In this document: piece by piece, positions 51,335 through 60,642 of the stretch | Layout of the letters: the number at the start of each line of letters is the position of its first letter | Numbering within the stretch: position 1 is the stretch's first letter | Origin: a bacterium | Lineage (GTDB): Archaea; Thermoplasmatota; Thermoplasmata; Thermoplasmatales; Thermoplasmataceae | Assembly (NCBI GenBank): GCA_027368075.1 | Contig: DAICSO010000002.1 | Span: 10,620 to 74,619, forward strand | Length of the DNA stretch: 64,000 nt | Direction of reading: 5' to 3' | Position numbers and translations under genes: made by a program | Notes under the pieces: model-generated | Database searches by the model: none | Seen by the model: only the letters and a program-made list of their open reading frames with translations | Told to the model about the DNA's origin: nothing

Positions 51335-52138
51335 AAAAACATCCTGGTCCGTATCCTTGATCACGGATTTTATGGCAGCATTTATCCGAACCTTTCCCCC
51401 TTTGCCGCGACGTGTTCCCAGTACTATCAGGTCGGGTTTGATCTGCCTGGAGTGAAAAAGTATCTCGTCCTTGAAGGATGTTGTCATACCAGATCGTGTG
51501 AAATTTATCTCGGGACCGTAACTTCCCACTATCCGATCCATATTCTCGAACAGCATCCTGAATCCATGCGTCCTGGTTTTGTCGTACTTCCTCATATCCA
51601 CCAGGTAAAGCGAAGCGTTAATGGCTTTTTTTAGGTATAGCGAAAAAGCGATCGCAGTTCTCGTGTTAATATCCTCTGATATGGGAACAAGTATCCTCCT
51701 GTAAGGATACTGGTTATTCTTCACGCTCAGCGCAGCAGTAGTCGTGCCAGAATTCTTGATCACATAATCCCCAATACTCCCAAACAGCGAAGCTGAAAGC
51801 GAGGATCGCTTCCATGTTGCTATGAATAAAAGATCATAATTATGGGCCAGGCTCTCTGCGACTATGCCCTCCTTCACCGAGTCAGCCATCCGGATCCTGG
51901 GAACAACTTTTATCTGCTCGTCTTTCCCGTCCTTGAATGCGCCGGTAACTAGGGATACCTTGTCGCTCCATGTAATTTCCTGTGTTGTCTCCTTAACCGT
52001 GAATGCGGTGACTTCAGAGTCATAGGAACGCGCCATGTCAAAAGCAATCTGAAGCACGCGCTTGGAACGGTAGCCCTTCCCCATTGGAACCAGGAGCTTC
52101 TGCAGCCTTATGGCATATGGCGGGGGAGCTTCTACCAT
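51320..52138 (-). CDS. Tandem universal stress protein
   Basis: KLLVPM, FGSIGDYVIK, RILVPI, DLIVLG...V+K; two Usp domains. Confidence 0.82.
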   Translation of the reverse strand: MVEAPPPYAIRLQKLLVPMGKGYRSKRVLQIAFDMARSYDSEVTAFTVKETTQEITWSDKVSLVTGAFKDGKDEQIKVVPRIRMADSVKEGIVAESLAHNYDLLFIATWKRSSLSASLFGSIGDYVIKNSGTTTAALSVKNNQYPYRRILVPISEDINTRTAIAFSLYLKKAINASLYLVDMRKYDKTRTHGFRMLFENMDRIVGSYGPEINFTRSGMTTSFKDEILFHSRQIKPDLIVLGTRRGKGGKVRINAAIKSVIKDTDQDVFLIKK

Positions 52139-52329
52139 GAAGAAGCTAACGGCAACGCAAATTTAATGTTTTCTTTCCAGGACTGCACTTATGCAGTTAG
52201 AATTTTTTTAGTACTTAACGCAGCAGACTTCTGAAATTTCGTGAAAAACTTAACATATATCCTTCCAACGGATAAATTCTCTATGACATTTTTTATCACT
52301 GCAGAGCATGATTCATCTATTTATATACA

Positions 52330-52851
52330 ATGAACATCCATGCCTGTCTAATGGAATGCATTACAATACAGCACGGAGAAATAAGGGACAACCGGACACT
52401 TGACGACCTGCTTAAGAGTGGTATCGAAGACCTGTTTGTTGTGGATCTGGATTCAATCAGGTCGGGCGCTCCAAATTTGAAGCTATATGGCAATCTGTCA
52501 AAATATTTTGAGCTGGTCGTGATGAATTACCCATACAGGGTTCCGGATCTTATCGACTCCTTTGTATCCGGGGCATCACGCGTGGTTATCAGCAACGATA
52601 TCACGGATCGCCTTATCCAGGAATACCTGTCCGTTTCTGACCAACTGGTGATGAAGTATGCTAACAATACCGCCTGCAGGGCCTTTTCGCTTCTTGGCGG
52701 AAACATGTTCCTGTCAAATATAGAGGTTAACATGATATATTCAACTCTCTATGCTTATGGAATCAGGATACAGAATAATACGGCAATTACTAAGAGTGAT
52801 TCACAGAAGATAATAATCCTGGATCATTTCCCTGCGGAAGAATTCCAATAG
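52330..52851 (+). CDS. Short HisA/HisF-related barrel protein
   Basis: LFVVDLDSI..G.PN and D....GA.RVVI resemble the N-terminal half of HisA; only 173 aa. Confidence 0.55.
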   Translation: MNIHACLMECITIQHGEIRDNRTLDDLLKSGIEDLFVVDLDSIRSGAPNLKLYGNLSKYFELVVMNYPYRVPDLIDSFVSGASRVVISNDITDRLIQEYLSVSDQLVMKYANNTACRAFSLLGGNMFLSNIEVNMIYSTLYAYGIRIQNNTAITKSDSQKIIILDHFPAEEFQ

Positions 52852-52951
52852 ATCTAAATTTTATCCTTCGTTCATGGATGTTCGAGTAATTTCAACTCAA
52901 ACTGCTCCTAACCCTTTTATAACTAACGATGATCTGCTGAGGAAGGACACC

Positions 52952-53860
52952 ATGAACAGATTAAATACGCAGATATCTGGCATCAGGCTCGATAACCCAT
53001 TTATTCTCGCTTCAGGCATACTGGATGAAAATGGCTACACAATGAAGAGAGTACTGGATGAAGGAGCTGCAGCCGTTGTGACTAAATCAATTGGTATCTC
53101 TGAAAGGAGCGGATACCGTACTCCTGTTGTCGTCGAAATTGACGGAGGGAACATGATCAATGCGATAGGACTCGCGAATCCTGGAATTGACAATTTCGAG
53201 GAAGAGATGAAGATTGCAGGAGAATCCAAGAAGCCGGTATTTGGAAGCGTATTCGGATCAACTGCAGAAGAGTTTGCCTTATTATCCAGGAAAATGGAAG
53301 CGTATGGGGCTTCTGCAATTGAACTTAACCTCTCCTGTCCGCATGTGAAGGGATTTGGCCAGGAGGTAGGGTCCGATCCGGATCTTGTGGAATCCATAGT
53401 TAGCGAAGTGAAACGATCTGTAAGAATCCCCGTTTTTGCGAAACTGAGCCCGAATATTACAGACATGCTGGAAATTGCAAAGGCGGCAGAGAAAGCGGAT
53501 GCGTATGTCCTTATAAATACGGTAAAGGCCATGGCTATTGACATATACGCAAGAATGCCAGTGTTGAGCAATTCCTTTGGGGGACTGTCGGGGCCTTGCA
53601 TTAAACCTGTGGGCGTACGGTATGTATATGAGGTGAAGCGGGAAACCGGAAAGGAAATAATAGGGGTCGGAGGAATCCGTACCGGGGAAGATGCCCTTGA
53701 ATACATAATGGCCGGAGCATCCTGCGTCGAGATAGGAACTGCGGTACACTCAGATGGAAGGAATATATTCAAAAAACTGTCGCTGGAGACTGGTAAGATA
53801 ATGAAGGAGGAGAAGATAGAATCCATAGGGGAAATCATCGGAGCGGCGATCAGAAAATGA
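52952..53860 (+). CDS. pyrD: Dihydroorotate dehydrogenase, family 1B catalytic subunit
   Basis: NPFILASG, TKSIG, NAIGLANPG, ELNLSCPH, AKLSPN, INT, GGLSG..IKP. Start ATG 52952. Confidence 0.95.
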   Translation: MNRLNTQISGIRLDNPFILASGILDENGYTMKRVLDEGAAAVVTKSIGISERSGYRTPVVVEIDGGNMINAIGLANPGIDNFEEEMKIAGESKKPVFGSVFGSTAEEFALLSRKMEAYGASAIELNLSCPHVKGFGQEVGSDPDLVESIVSEVKRSVRIPVFAKLSPNITDMLEIAKAAEKADAYVLINTVKAMAIDIYARMPVLSNSFGGLSGPCIKPVGVRYVYEVKRETGKEIIGVGGIRTGEDALEYIMAGASCVEIGTAVHSDGRNIFKKLSLETGKIMKEEKIESIGEIIGAAIRK

Positions 53861-54606
53861 TGCATTCTGAAGTCATAAGTGTGGAAGAAAACACACCTAC
53901 AGTGAAAACAATATACTTTGAATGGAAACAGGAGGCAAAACCAGGGCAGTTCATTATGGCTTGGGTCCCTGGAACCGGTGAGATACCAATCTCGCTGTCC
54001 TCAACTGACATGATAAAATCAATCACTGTAAAGAGCTATGGGCCAGCATCAGACGCTATCACAAAACTCACGAAAGGATCCAGGATTTTTTTCAGGGGAC
54101 CTTATGGAAGGCCATTCTCAACTGTCAGGGGACCGGTATTGCTGGTAGGCGGCGGTTCTGGAATGGCTTCCCTCAGACCTCTGATCACAAAGGATACTGA
54201 TGCCATCGTCTCCGCTCGAACCGCTGCTGAACTTCTCTTCAGTGACAGGATAAAGGGCGGGAAGCTTTTCGAGGTTACTGACGACGGATCTGCCGGGATT
54301 CGTGGCAACCCCATCGATGCCCTCAGTACCATAGATATGGAGAAATATAAAATGACATATGTATGCGGTCCGGAGATCATGCTAAAAAAGGTATATGACT
54401 TCCTTAACAGAAGCCAAATCAGAGCCGAATTTGCCATGGAGCGCCTGATGAAGTGCGGAATAGGTGTCTGCGACTCCTGCTCGGTAGACGGCTTTCAACT
54501 GTGCAGGGATGGATCAATATTCTCAATTGAAGAATTGCGCGGAATGACAGAATTTGGCAGAACCAAGCTAACTGAATCTGGCAGGCGAGTATATCTTAAC
54601 TACTGA
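53857..54606 (+). CDS. pyrK: Dihydroorotate dehydrogenase electron-transfer subunit
   Basis: PGQF, RGPYG, GGGSG, TDDGS, CGPE.M, MKCGIGVCDSC...LC.DG. Confidence 0.93.
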   Translation: MMHSEVISVEENTPTVKTIYFEWKQEAKPGQFIMAWVPGTGEIPISLSSTDMIKSITVKSYGPASDAITKLTKGSRIFFRGPYGRPFSTVRGPVLLVGGGSGMASLRPLITKDTDAIVSARTAAELLFSDRIKGGKLFEVTDDGSAGIRGNPIDALSTIDMEKYKMTYVCGPEIMLKKVYDFLNRSQIRAEFAMERLMKCGIGVCDSCSVDGFQLCRDGSIFSIEELRGMTEFGRTKLTESGRRVYLNY

Positions 54607-55535
54607 GAAATGATATCTGAAACCGGAATCACTCTTTCGATGTAAATAGACCAGTCCTTAAACTTCCTGTTGAGTTCGTCGACCAGTGATATGTATGAGT
54701 GAAGGTGGCTTTCCATAGTTACAAAAGAAGACATGAGAATGTTTCCGTCGAACTCCTGGTTTTCACAGAATCTTGCCAGAGACTGGGAGTTAGCCATAAG
54801 GGAAAATTCGTTCAGCACAGGATTTGTTGTTACGGTCTCATAGATTCCATCCACCGCACTTATAACGTTAACACTATTGAGTGAGTGGGGCTTTCCCTTT
54901 ATTTTATATAGCCCGTGTATGTTTTCCTCTTCACTGGGGAATCTGATGAATCTCCTCCATTCCAGTCCCAGGGGGTTTTCTTCAATCAGCTTGTTCTCTG
55001 AAGGCGGCTTGGATGCAAATGTAACTGAATAAAGCATGAAGTGCGAGGAAATTATTCTCAATGAATCCCCGACGCTTTTCCTTGATCCCATATATGTCAG
55101 TTTTATGGAGAGGTTTGGAGTACTTGAAGAGAGAGCTTCCAGTATATGGGTCGATACAGTTTTTATGTCCGAACTGTGGAACTTGAAATTAATGGTAAAG
55201 ACGCCGTCATGCATGTACATAGTTTCAAAATAGACCGATTTTATCTCCGAAAGTTGAACAAGTGGCAGGATATCTCCCACAAGATCGCTGCTTATCAAGA
55301 TGAACCAGGTTTTGTTTGAAAGCTTAGCCTGATACTTTTCAAGGAAGATCCTCCTTTCAACATTCTGACTGGATTCTTCTGGCAAGAAAAAGTAAATCTC
55401 AGCCTTCTTTTTCCTGATCAAAGGCATAGCTGGTGCAAATATATGAAATTTTTTCGTTATTTGAAACATTTGCAGATTTCCAGTCACAGAAAGATTGCAT
55501 TCCATGTCTAGTATATCGTTTTCTAATCTTTCCAC
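54600..55535 (-). CDS. Hypothetical protein, paralogue 2 of the 'FHSS/TxNPV' family
   Basis: LDME, EIYFFLP, FKFHSSD...VS, YMG, ENPLG.EWRR, DGIYETVTTNPV, FKDW. Confidence 0.8.
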   Translation of the reverse strand: MERLENDILDMECNLSVTGNLQMFQITKKFHIFAPAMPLIRKKKAEIYFFLPEESSQNVERRIFLEKYQAKLSNKTWFILISSDLVGDILPLVQLSEIKSVYFETMYMHDGVFTINFKFHSSDIKTVSTHILEALSSSTPNLSIKLTYMGSRKSVGDSLRIISSHFMLYSVTFASKPPSENKLIEENPLGLEWRRFIRFPSEEENIHGLYKIKGKPHSLNSVNVISAVDGIYETVTTNPVLNEFSLMANSQSLARFCENQEFDGNILMSSFVTMESHLHSYISLVDELNRKFKDWSIYIERVIPVSDIISQ

Positions 55536-55618
55536 CCTGTGTAATTTTTGTTAAGACTATAAAGATTGGTTAGCTTACTCGTTAACATTTAATACCACCC
55601 ATTGTTTAGAGTTATGCC
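55536..55618. promoter_or_regulatory. Back-to-back archaeal promoters
   Basis: TTTAATA (55588-55594, plus) about 25 nt before ATG 55619; TTTATA on minus (55558-55563) about 25 nt before GTG 55535. Confidence 0.55.
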
Positions 55619-58237
55619 ATGGAAAAATTAGATTCCCTCCAATCCACATGGGATCATATCAAGAAATTCCTATCGGATGGAGAACAGGGAATTTCCACAC
55701 ATTTGATATCAGGAAAATTTTCGGGAGGAAAGAAGAAAATAATGGACATGGCACAGACGATGGCAACTGAACACGGGTATCTTGTATACAGGTTCCCTGG
55801 AAACATAACCCAGGAATCAATGCCTTACCAGCCTTTTAACTATATACTCAACGCAATGTACGACACGGTTGAAGAGCGAGGGATGAATGAAATAATAAAG
55901 AAATTCAATAATTTTTTCACTGATAATAAAGGCTTGAGAATTCTTGTAATAATTGAGGGGATTGAACGACTGAACACCTCAAGCCAGGACCTTTTCCTGT
56001 ACCTTTCCAGAACTGCACTTAAACAGGGATTTTCATTGATTGGTACATACAATGAACCAAAGCGAAACCAGGAGTATACCCCCGGATTCAATTTTATCAT
56101 TGTTTCTGCAACAGAACCACAGATACACATAATTAACCTCAGGGAACCAAACTATGACGATGCCAGATTTTACACCCAGATGATGGGCTATAAACTTCCT
56201 GAGAACTTTACGATTGACCTTTTCAGGCTATCCTCTGGAGATCTTAGCACGATAAATTACGCTTTGAAGTATTATGAAGATATAGGGATCATCAACGACA
56301 GAAAAGAGGTAAATGACGCACTCTTCAGGTTTCTGCCCATACCGCCTGCCATAGATGATTATTATGCAAAGAAGATAGCTGATCTCTCCGAGACGGAGAT
56401 GAAAGTCGCAGGGACCATGGCACTCAGCGGGGAGGAACTTGATCTCGATGTCATAAGCAGGATAACATTCGTATCAAAATCAGACCTCTACAAGGTAATG
56501 GAATCACTAGACAGCAACGGGATAATAGCAATCAACAATTTTAAATATAAGATCTCTGGGCGCCGGATGACGGATATAATCCGCTCAAAAGTGTCGGATG
56601 TAAGGAAGCTTGACCTTGCAGATCAGGTGATCAACAGCTCTTCATTTGATGAACTTTCGCTCCAGACAAAATTAAATATACTGAGGGAGAGGGGACTTTA
56701 CGACAGGATTGGAGAAACTTTAAGAAGTAAATGGAAGCAACTTATCAACTCCTTTGTTTCGCCAATGGATCTCATTGCATTCCTGGACCTCGTGGAGAAT
56801 AAACTGGATTCCGACATTAAGCGTTACGCATTGTTGATCAGATGCAATTCGCTTTATTTTGTGGGCAAGTTTGAACAATCCCTCAAATGCTTCAGGGAAA
56901 ACGACTTCAGCGATATAGCTGGAAAGGAGCCGGAACTGAAGGTAGCTTCGGCTCTCATATACCTTGGAAGAAATGATGAAGCAGCCACAATAATAGAGAG
57001 GCTGCTTGCCGATAAGAGCCTCTCACCGGAAGAAAGGGTAATGGCGATGGTCGCCAAGGGTTCTTACCTTCTCAGGACAAAGAAATCGTCGCAAGCCCTT
57101 ATAATAGCAAGCGAAGCAATGGAAATAGCAAAAGCATATAGCGTAAATGAACTGATTGATGAAGTACTTACGACAATGGCCACAGCCAATGCCGATATAT
57201 TCAAGTTTGACAAGGCAAAGAAGCTGTATGGCGAAGCATTGGAAATTGAAAGGAAGCGCGGGAAAATCCGCCAGATGAACAGGAACCTGCACGATCTGGC
57301 AATCATCGAAAGTTTCGAAGGCAATTTCCAGAAGGCATTAGACATGCTCAAGGAACTGCTTGAGAACACATATATAAACGGAGACATAGGTATCAGGACC
57401 TACGCCGTTTATAATATCATGGACATACTGCACATTATTGGCAAAAATCAAGAGTCTCAGTCATATGAGAAGACTATGGACGGTCTTTTGGATATCGTTC
57501 AGGACAATGATATACGATTTATCTACAATAGGTATATAGCTTCTTTCTATACAGAGGCACTGGACTTCGCAAAGGCATTACCCTTCTCGGATAGGGCCGT
57601 AGAACTTTCCAGTTTGACAGAAAACCCTGACTGGAAAGGCTCGTCGGAAAGCCTGCGACACCTCATAATGGTGAAAATGGGCAAAATTCCGGAACTTGAC
57701 CTCAAGTATTTCATTACTGGTTTCAATTCTCTGGAAGATTTTATACCCCTTTACCTTGGTTTCTGGTCAAACATATTTGTGATCAGGGGAATGGATAGCG
57801 AAGCTCTGGTAGCTTTAAAGGCTTCTGAGAAGTATTCTGAGGAGATGGGTGACTTCAGCAGCAAGCTGACAACGTTACTGAACAAGATAATATACTTTCT
57901 CGCAACGGAAAAATTCGATGAAATACTAAAGTTGAACCCTCTTCCAAAAGATACGGGGGTTATGAAATTTGACTATTCAGTTAAGGCACTGAATGCTGCG
58001 ATGGCTTTGAAGAGCGGAGATTCTGACGTGTTCCATAGTGAATCGAAGAAAATTGTGTCTGACCTGTGGGATGGAAGCATGCTTTACAACGTGATATTTT
58101 ATCCTTTTCTTATCCTTGGGCTGGCAAAGGCCAAATTTGCAGACGATGATTCGGTCATAGACCTCATAAAGGGGATAATAACTGGGAAGAAGACTTCTAC
58201 AGAGATGTCCAAGATAGCCGAAATTTTCAGGCGGTGA
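55619..58237 (+). CDS. STAND-like (AAA_16/MalT-type) degenerate NTPase + winged helix + TPR protein
   Basis: ISGKFSGGKK (Walker A position), PYQPF, LVIIEGIE.L..SS..LF.YL.R (Walker B position), IGTYN, LSSGDL, wHTH at about aa 255-310, then TPR-like helical repeats. Confidence 0.72.
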   Translation: MEKLDSLQSTWDHIKKFLSDGEQGISTHLISGKFSGGKKKIMDMAQTMATEHGYLVYRFPGNITQESMPYQPFNYILNAMYDTVEERGMNEIIKKFNNFFTDNKGLRILVIIEGIERLNTSSQDLFLYLSRTALKQGFSLIGTYNEPKRNQEYTPGFNFIIVSATEPQIHIINLREPNYDDARFYTQMMGYKLPENFTIDLFRLSSGDLSTINYALKYYEDIGIINDRKEVNDALFRFLPIPPAIDDYYAKKIADLSETEMKVAGTMALSGEELDLDVISRITFVSKSDLYKVMESLDSNGIIAINNFKYKISGRRMTDIIRSKVSDVRKLDLADQVINSSSFDELSLQTKLNILRERGLYDRIGETLRSKWKQLINSFVSPMDLIAFLDLVENKLDSDIKRYALLIRCNSLYFVGKFEQSLKCFRENDFSDIAGKEPELKVASALIYLGRNDEAATIIERLLADKSLSPEERVMAMVAKGSYLLRTKKSSQALIIASEAMEIAKAYSVNELIDEVLTTMATANADIFKFDKAKKLYGEALEIERKRGKIRQMNRNLHDLAIIESFEGNFQKALDMLKELLENTYINGDIGIRTYAVYNIMDILHIIGKNQESQSYEKTMDGLLDIVQDNDIRFIYNRYIASFYTEALDFAKALPFSDRAVELSSLTENPDWKGSSESLRHLIMVKMGKIPELDLKYFITGFNSLEDFIPLYLGFWSNIFVIRGMDSEALVALKASEKYSEEMGDFSSKLTTLLNKIIYFLATEKFDEILKLNPLPKDTGVMKFDYSVKALNAAMALKSGDSDVFHSESKKIVSDLWDGSMLYNVIFYPFLILGLAKAKFADDDSVIDLIKGIITGKKTSTEMSKIAEIFRR

Positions 58238-58470
58238 ACTGCATTCCGAATACCGGACTCTGTATCTATAATGCAGATGAAAATTGCCGCATGGTATCAT
58301 CGTTTGAGACAAAATGCTCAATCTGTTTCAATTTCCTTACACCATACAGGCCAGAGAGATCGAAGAAAGTCAAACCATTATACTCATTGTTTGATTATAT
58401 TGAAGCAGAGGGCAACACAGACAACCTATTTCCTGATGGGAATGAGGTTCAGTCAACACTTAAATTCTGA
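58234..58470 (+). CDS. Small Cys-rich hypothetical protein (78 aa)
   Basis: GTGA overlap with the upstream stop; five Cys in the first 31 aa including CSIC. Confidence 0.55.
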   Translation: MNCIPNTGLCIYNADENCRMVSSFETKCSICFNFLTPYRPERSKKVKPLYSLFDYIEAEGNTDNLFPDGNEVQSTLKF

Positions 58471-58513
58471 TCCAGGCAAGATCAATTCTTTATGAAAGTG
58501 TGTGATGAGGAAT

Positions 58514-58587
58514 GGGTCTGTGGGGTAGCCAGGATATCCTTATGGCCTTCGAAGCCGGAGACCCGGGTTCAAATCCCGGCAGACCCG
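58514..58587 (+). tRNA. tRNA-Arg(TCG)
   Basis: GGGTCTG/CAGACCC acceptor stem, loop CT-TCG-AA, GGTTCAAATCC. The top of the anticodon stem is imperfect. Confidence 0.88.
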
Positions 58588-58861
58588 CTTTGCGTATAAT
58601 AATACAATGCCTTAAAGTGTGAATGCATCAACTAGATTAATAAGCACAAACATTTTCGCTGCATTTGTTCAAGTTGGAAGAACTTTGATGACTTTTTCAG
58701 GGATGGATGGACAAAAAATAGGCGTATAAAAGTTATTGTTCCGGAAAGAGATATATCAACCATAGTATTTTCTCGAGAGTAGTCTTGATCTAGAGTCTAT
58801 CCGGATAATCAGAAAGTGTTTAATCTGAATTATACGCCATTTTAAGATACTGCCTGCGTAT

Positions 58862-59002
58862 TCAGCTGTAGTTGTGGCGACCGTCACTTCGTGCGGAACA
58901 CGCCCCCCCGGTAAAATCTCCAGGGTGTGAAGTGCGCCTGACCCGCTTACCGCAATGCAGACATACCCAGAGTTTTCCTTCAGGAACATCTTCTTCGGTC
59001 AT
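58862..59002 (-). CDS. 46-aa zinc-finger microprotein (CxxCG...C...H)
   Basis: MTEEDVPEGKLWVCLHCGKRVRRTSHPGDFTGGACSARSDGRHNYS*. CTTATATATA box about 20-28 nt upstream of the ATG; GC-richer than its flanks. Not in the ORF track. Confidence 0.7.
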   Translation of the reverse strand: MTEEDVPEGKLWVCLHCGKRVRRTSHPGDFTGGACSARSDGRHNYS

Positions 59003-59612
59003 ACGAGTAAATGCCGCACATATATATAAGGCTCTTCCCGCAATATCTGGGATGAAATAAAATTGGAATTGCCAGGAAACAAACCTATTGCGGGATCAAT
59101 AAAATCGTATTTATTCATGGGCATTCGATCCTCCTGGGAAAAAATGTCGATTGAAGCTCTTATCCATTATTCTGGGATATTTCATTCTCCTACCCGGAAG
59201 AAAGAGTAAACCTCCTTAAAGTTCACCCCCCTCAATTATTTCTCAGTGTTCCGCGGCGATTAGTGCGACATGTTCAATCCTTCCGCTATTGCTCTTACTT
59301 TATGGGATAGGCTAAGATACTGTAGAATCACTGTTGAAACATGGTAGGATATGCATATAAGTTAGCTTTGAGAATCGTAGAGGATGATTTTGCATGGAAA
59401 ACCTATACCTGCCTAAATAAGTACAAACATAGTATTTATCCGCTATGTATACTCCAGAAATACGCAATCACTATAAATACTGGCAAATAAAGGCACGGCA
59501 TGGAAAGAGAGTGGGGATCACGACCATATCCCATATCGGCAGTACGACAGTGAGAGTACAAAAATAATTAAGCATAGTAATATCAGCATCCAGTGGGGAG
59601 CGAACATCGCAT

Positions 59613-60632
59613 ATGACCATCGAAAAGAATATAATATATACATCTGAACTCGACAGCAAACTTACCATGCAATGCGACTTTAGTTTTCAATGGAAAGAAC
59701 CAATACTGGAAGCATCCAGAAGATTGGAGGAAAGTGCGGTTGGCTTTCTACTATACAGCGAGAAGAAAATGGAAGTTGTCTATTATTTTCCTCTTAATGC
59801 AGACAAGTCAAGTGAAGGGAAGCGATCATTGACCTTGATGGGTGCTAAAAAAACAAAGGATTTGTGGTCTGTGCGTGAGGAAATAAATGAACCTTTTGTT
59901 AAAGAAGCGATAAACCTGATCTTGAGCAAGCCGTCTGTAACGATTGATATGATATTGTTGAAAGATGGCCTCTTGCGAATGAGAATAAGGTTTCATGCTG
60001 ACTTAACAAACAGCGTATCAGATGCCTTGCTTAGTGTGATAAAGGCCAGTGAAGGATTCTCTATTGACTATTTTGGAAAATCGAGAGGTTTACTTGAAAC
60101 ACTGAAAGAAATATCTGCCCTCGTTCCTCTTGCAGGAATTGAGTTTACCATGAGACCAAAGCGTCCTATCTTCTCAGAGAGCACAATAGTATTCAGTAAG
60201 CCGTGGATACGAATAAGAAAATACGACAGCGGGGACTTCAAGCTTCATCATATTTACCATTTTTCACAGGAAGTTGAAAACGAAGATAGATATGAACTGG
60301 TAACCATTTCAAGGAGAGATCATCTGTACGAGGCTTTCACAGTTAACCCTGTGATTAAATATATGGTCTCTGAAGCAGAGAAACTGAACATTTTTAATGA
60401 TTCCATCCACAGGTATGACGGTAATGTTGTTACAGGGAGAATATGGCTCCCCTCGACTTTTATCCCGGACTACATGAAGATAATCGGTCAGGCTCGAATA
60501 AAGTACCCGGAATGGGGCCTGGGAATTCAGATGACTGCGTCCATCGATGATATTTTCGCCATGTCCGGCGAAAATTTCAGTGAAAATGGTATAAGCGATG
60601 GGAGTACTGCAGATAAGCGATCTGATTTGTAG
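59613..60632 (+). CDS. Hypothetical protein, paralogue 3 of the 'FHSS/TxNPV' family
   Basis: EVVYYFP, RFHAD...VSD.LL, YFGKSRGL, WIR, ISRRD.LYEAFTVNPV, YPEW. Confidence 0.8.
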   Translation: MTIEKNIIYTSELDSKLTMQCDFSFQWKEPILEASRRLEESAVGFLLYSEKKMEVVYYFPLNADKSSEGKRSLTLMGAKKTKDLWSVREEINEPFVKEAINLILSKPSVTIDMILLKDGLLRMRIRFHADLTNSVSDALLSVIKASEGFSIDYFGKSRGLLETLKEISALVPLAGIEFTMRPKRPIFSESTIVFSKPWIRIRKYDSGDFKLHHIYHFSQEVENEDRYELVTISRRDHLYEAFTVNPVIKYMVSEAEKLNIFNDSIHRYDGNVVTGRIWLPSTFIPDYMKIIGQARIKYPEWGLGIQMTASIDDIFAMSGENFSENGISDGSTADKRSDL

Positions 60633-60642
60633 AGCATGCGTA

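Noticed and set aside
53035-53865. 276-aa antisense ORF (also 3303-4052, 10558-11118, 49868-50425 and others)
   Set aside because: Shadow frames opposite well-supported genes.
58940-58948. GACCCGCTT matching the tRNA-Arg(TCG) 3' end, a possible att site
   Set aside because: Only 9 bp, inside a coding region, and no integrase in the window.
58871-58956. GC-rich stretch that can fold (CACTTC/GAAGTG, GGCG/CGCC), a possible ncRNA
   Set aside because: No SRP or RNase P signature; better explained by the minus-strand Zn-finger ORF with its own TATA box.
58756-59060. Track ORFs 58756-58989(-) and 58872-59060(+)
   Set aside because: They overlap the Zn-finger ORF in other frames and have no motifs.
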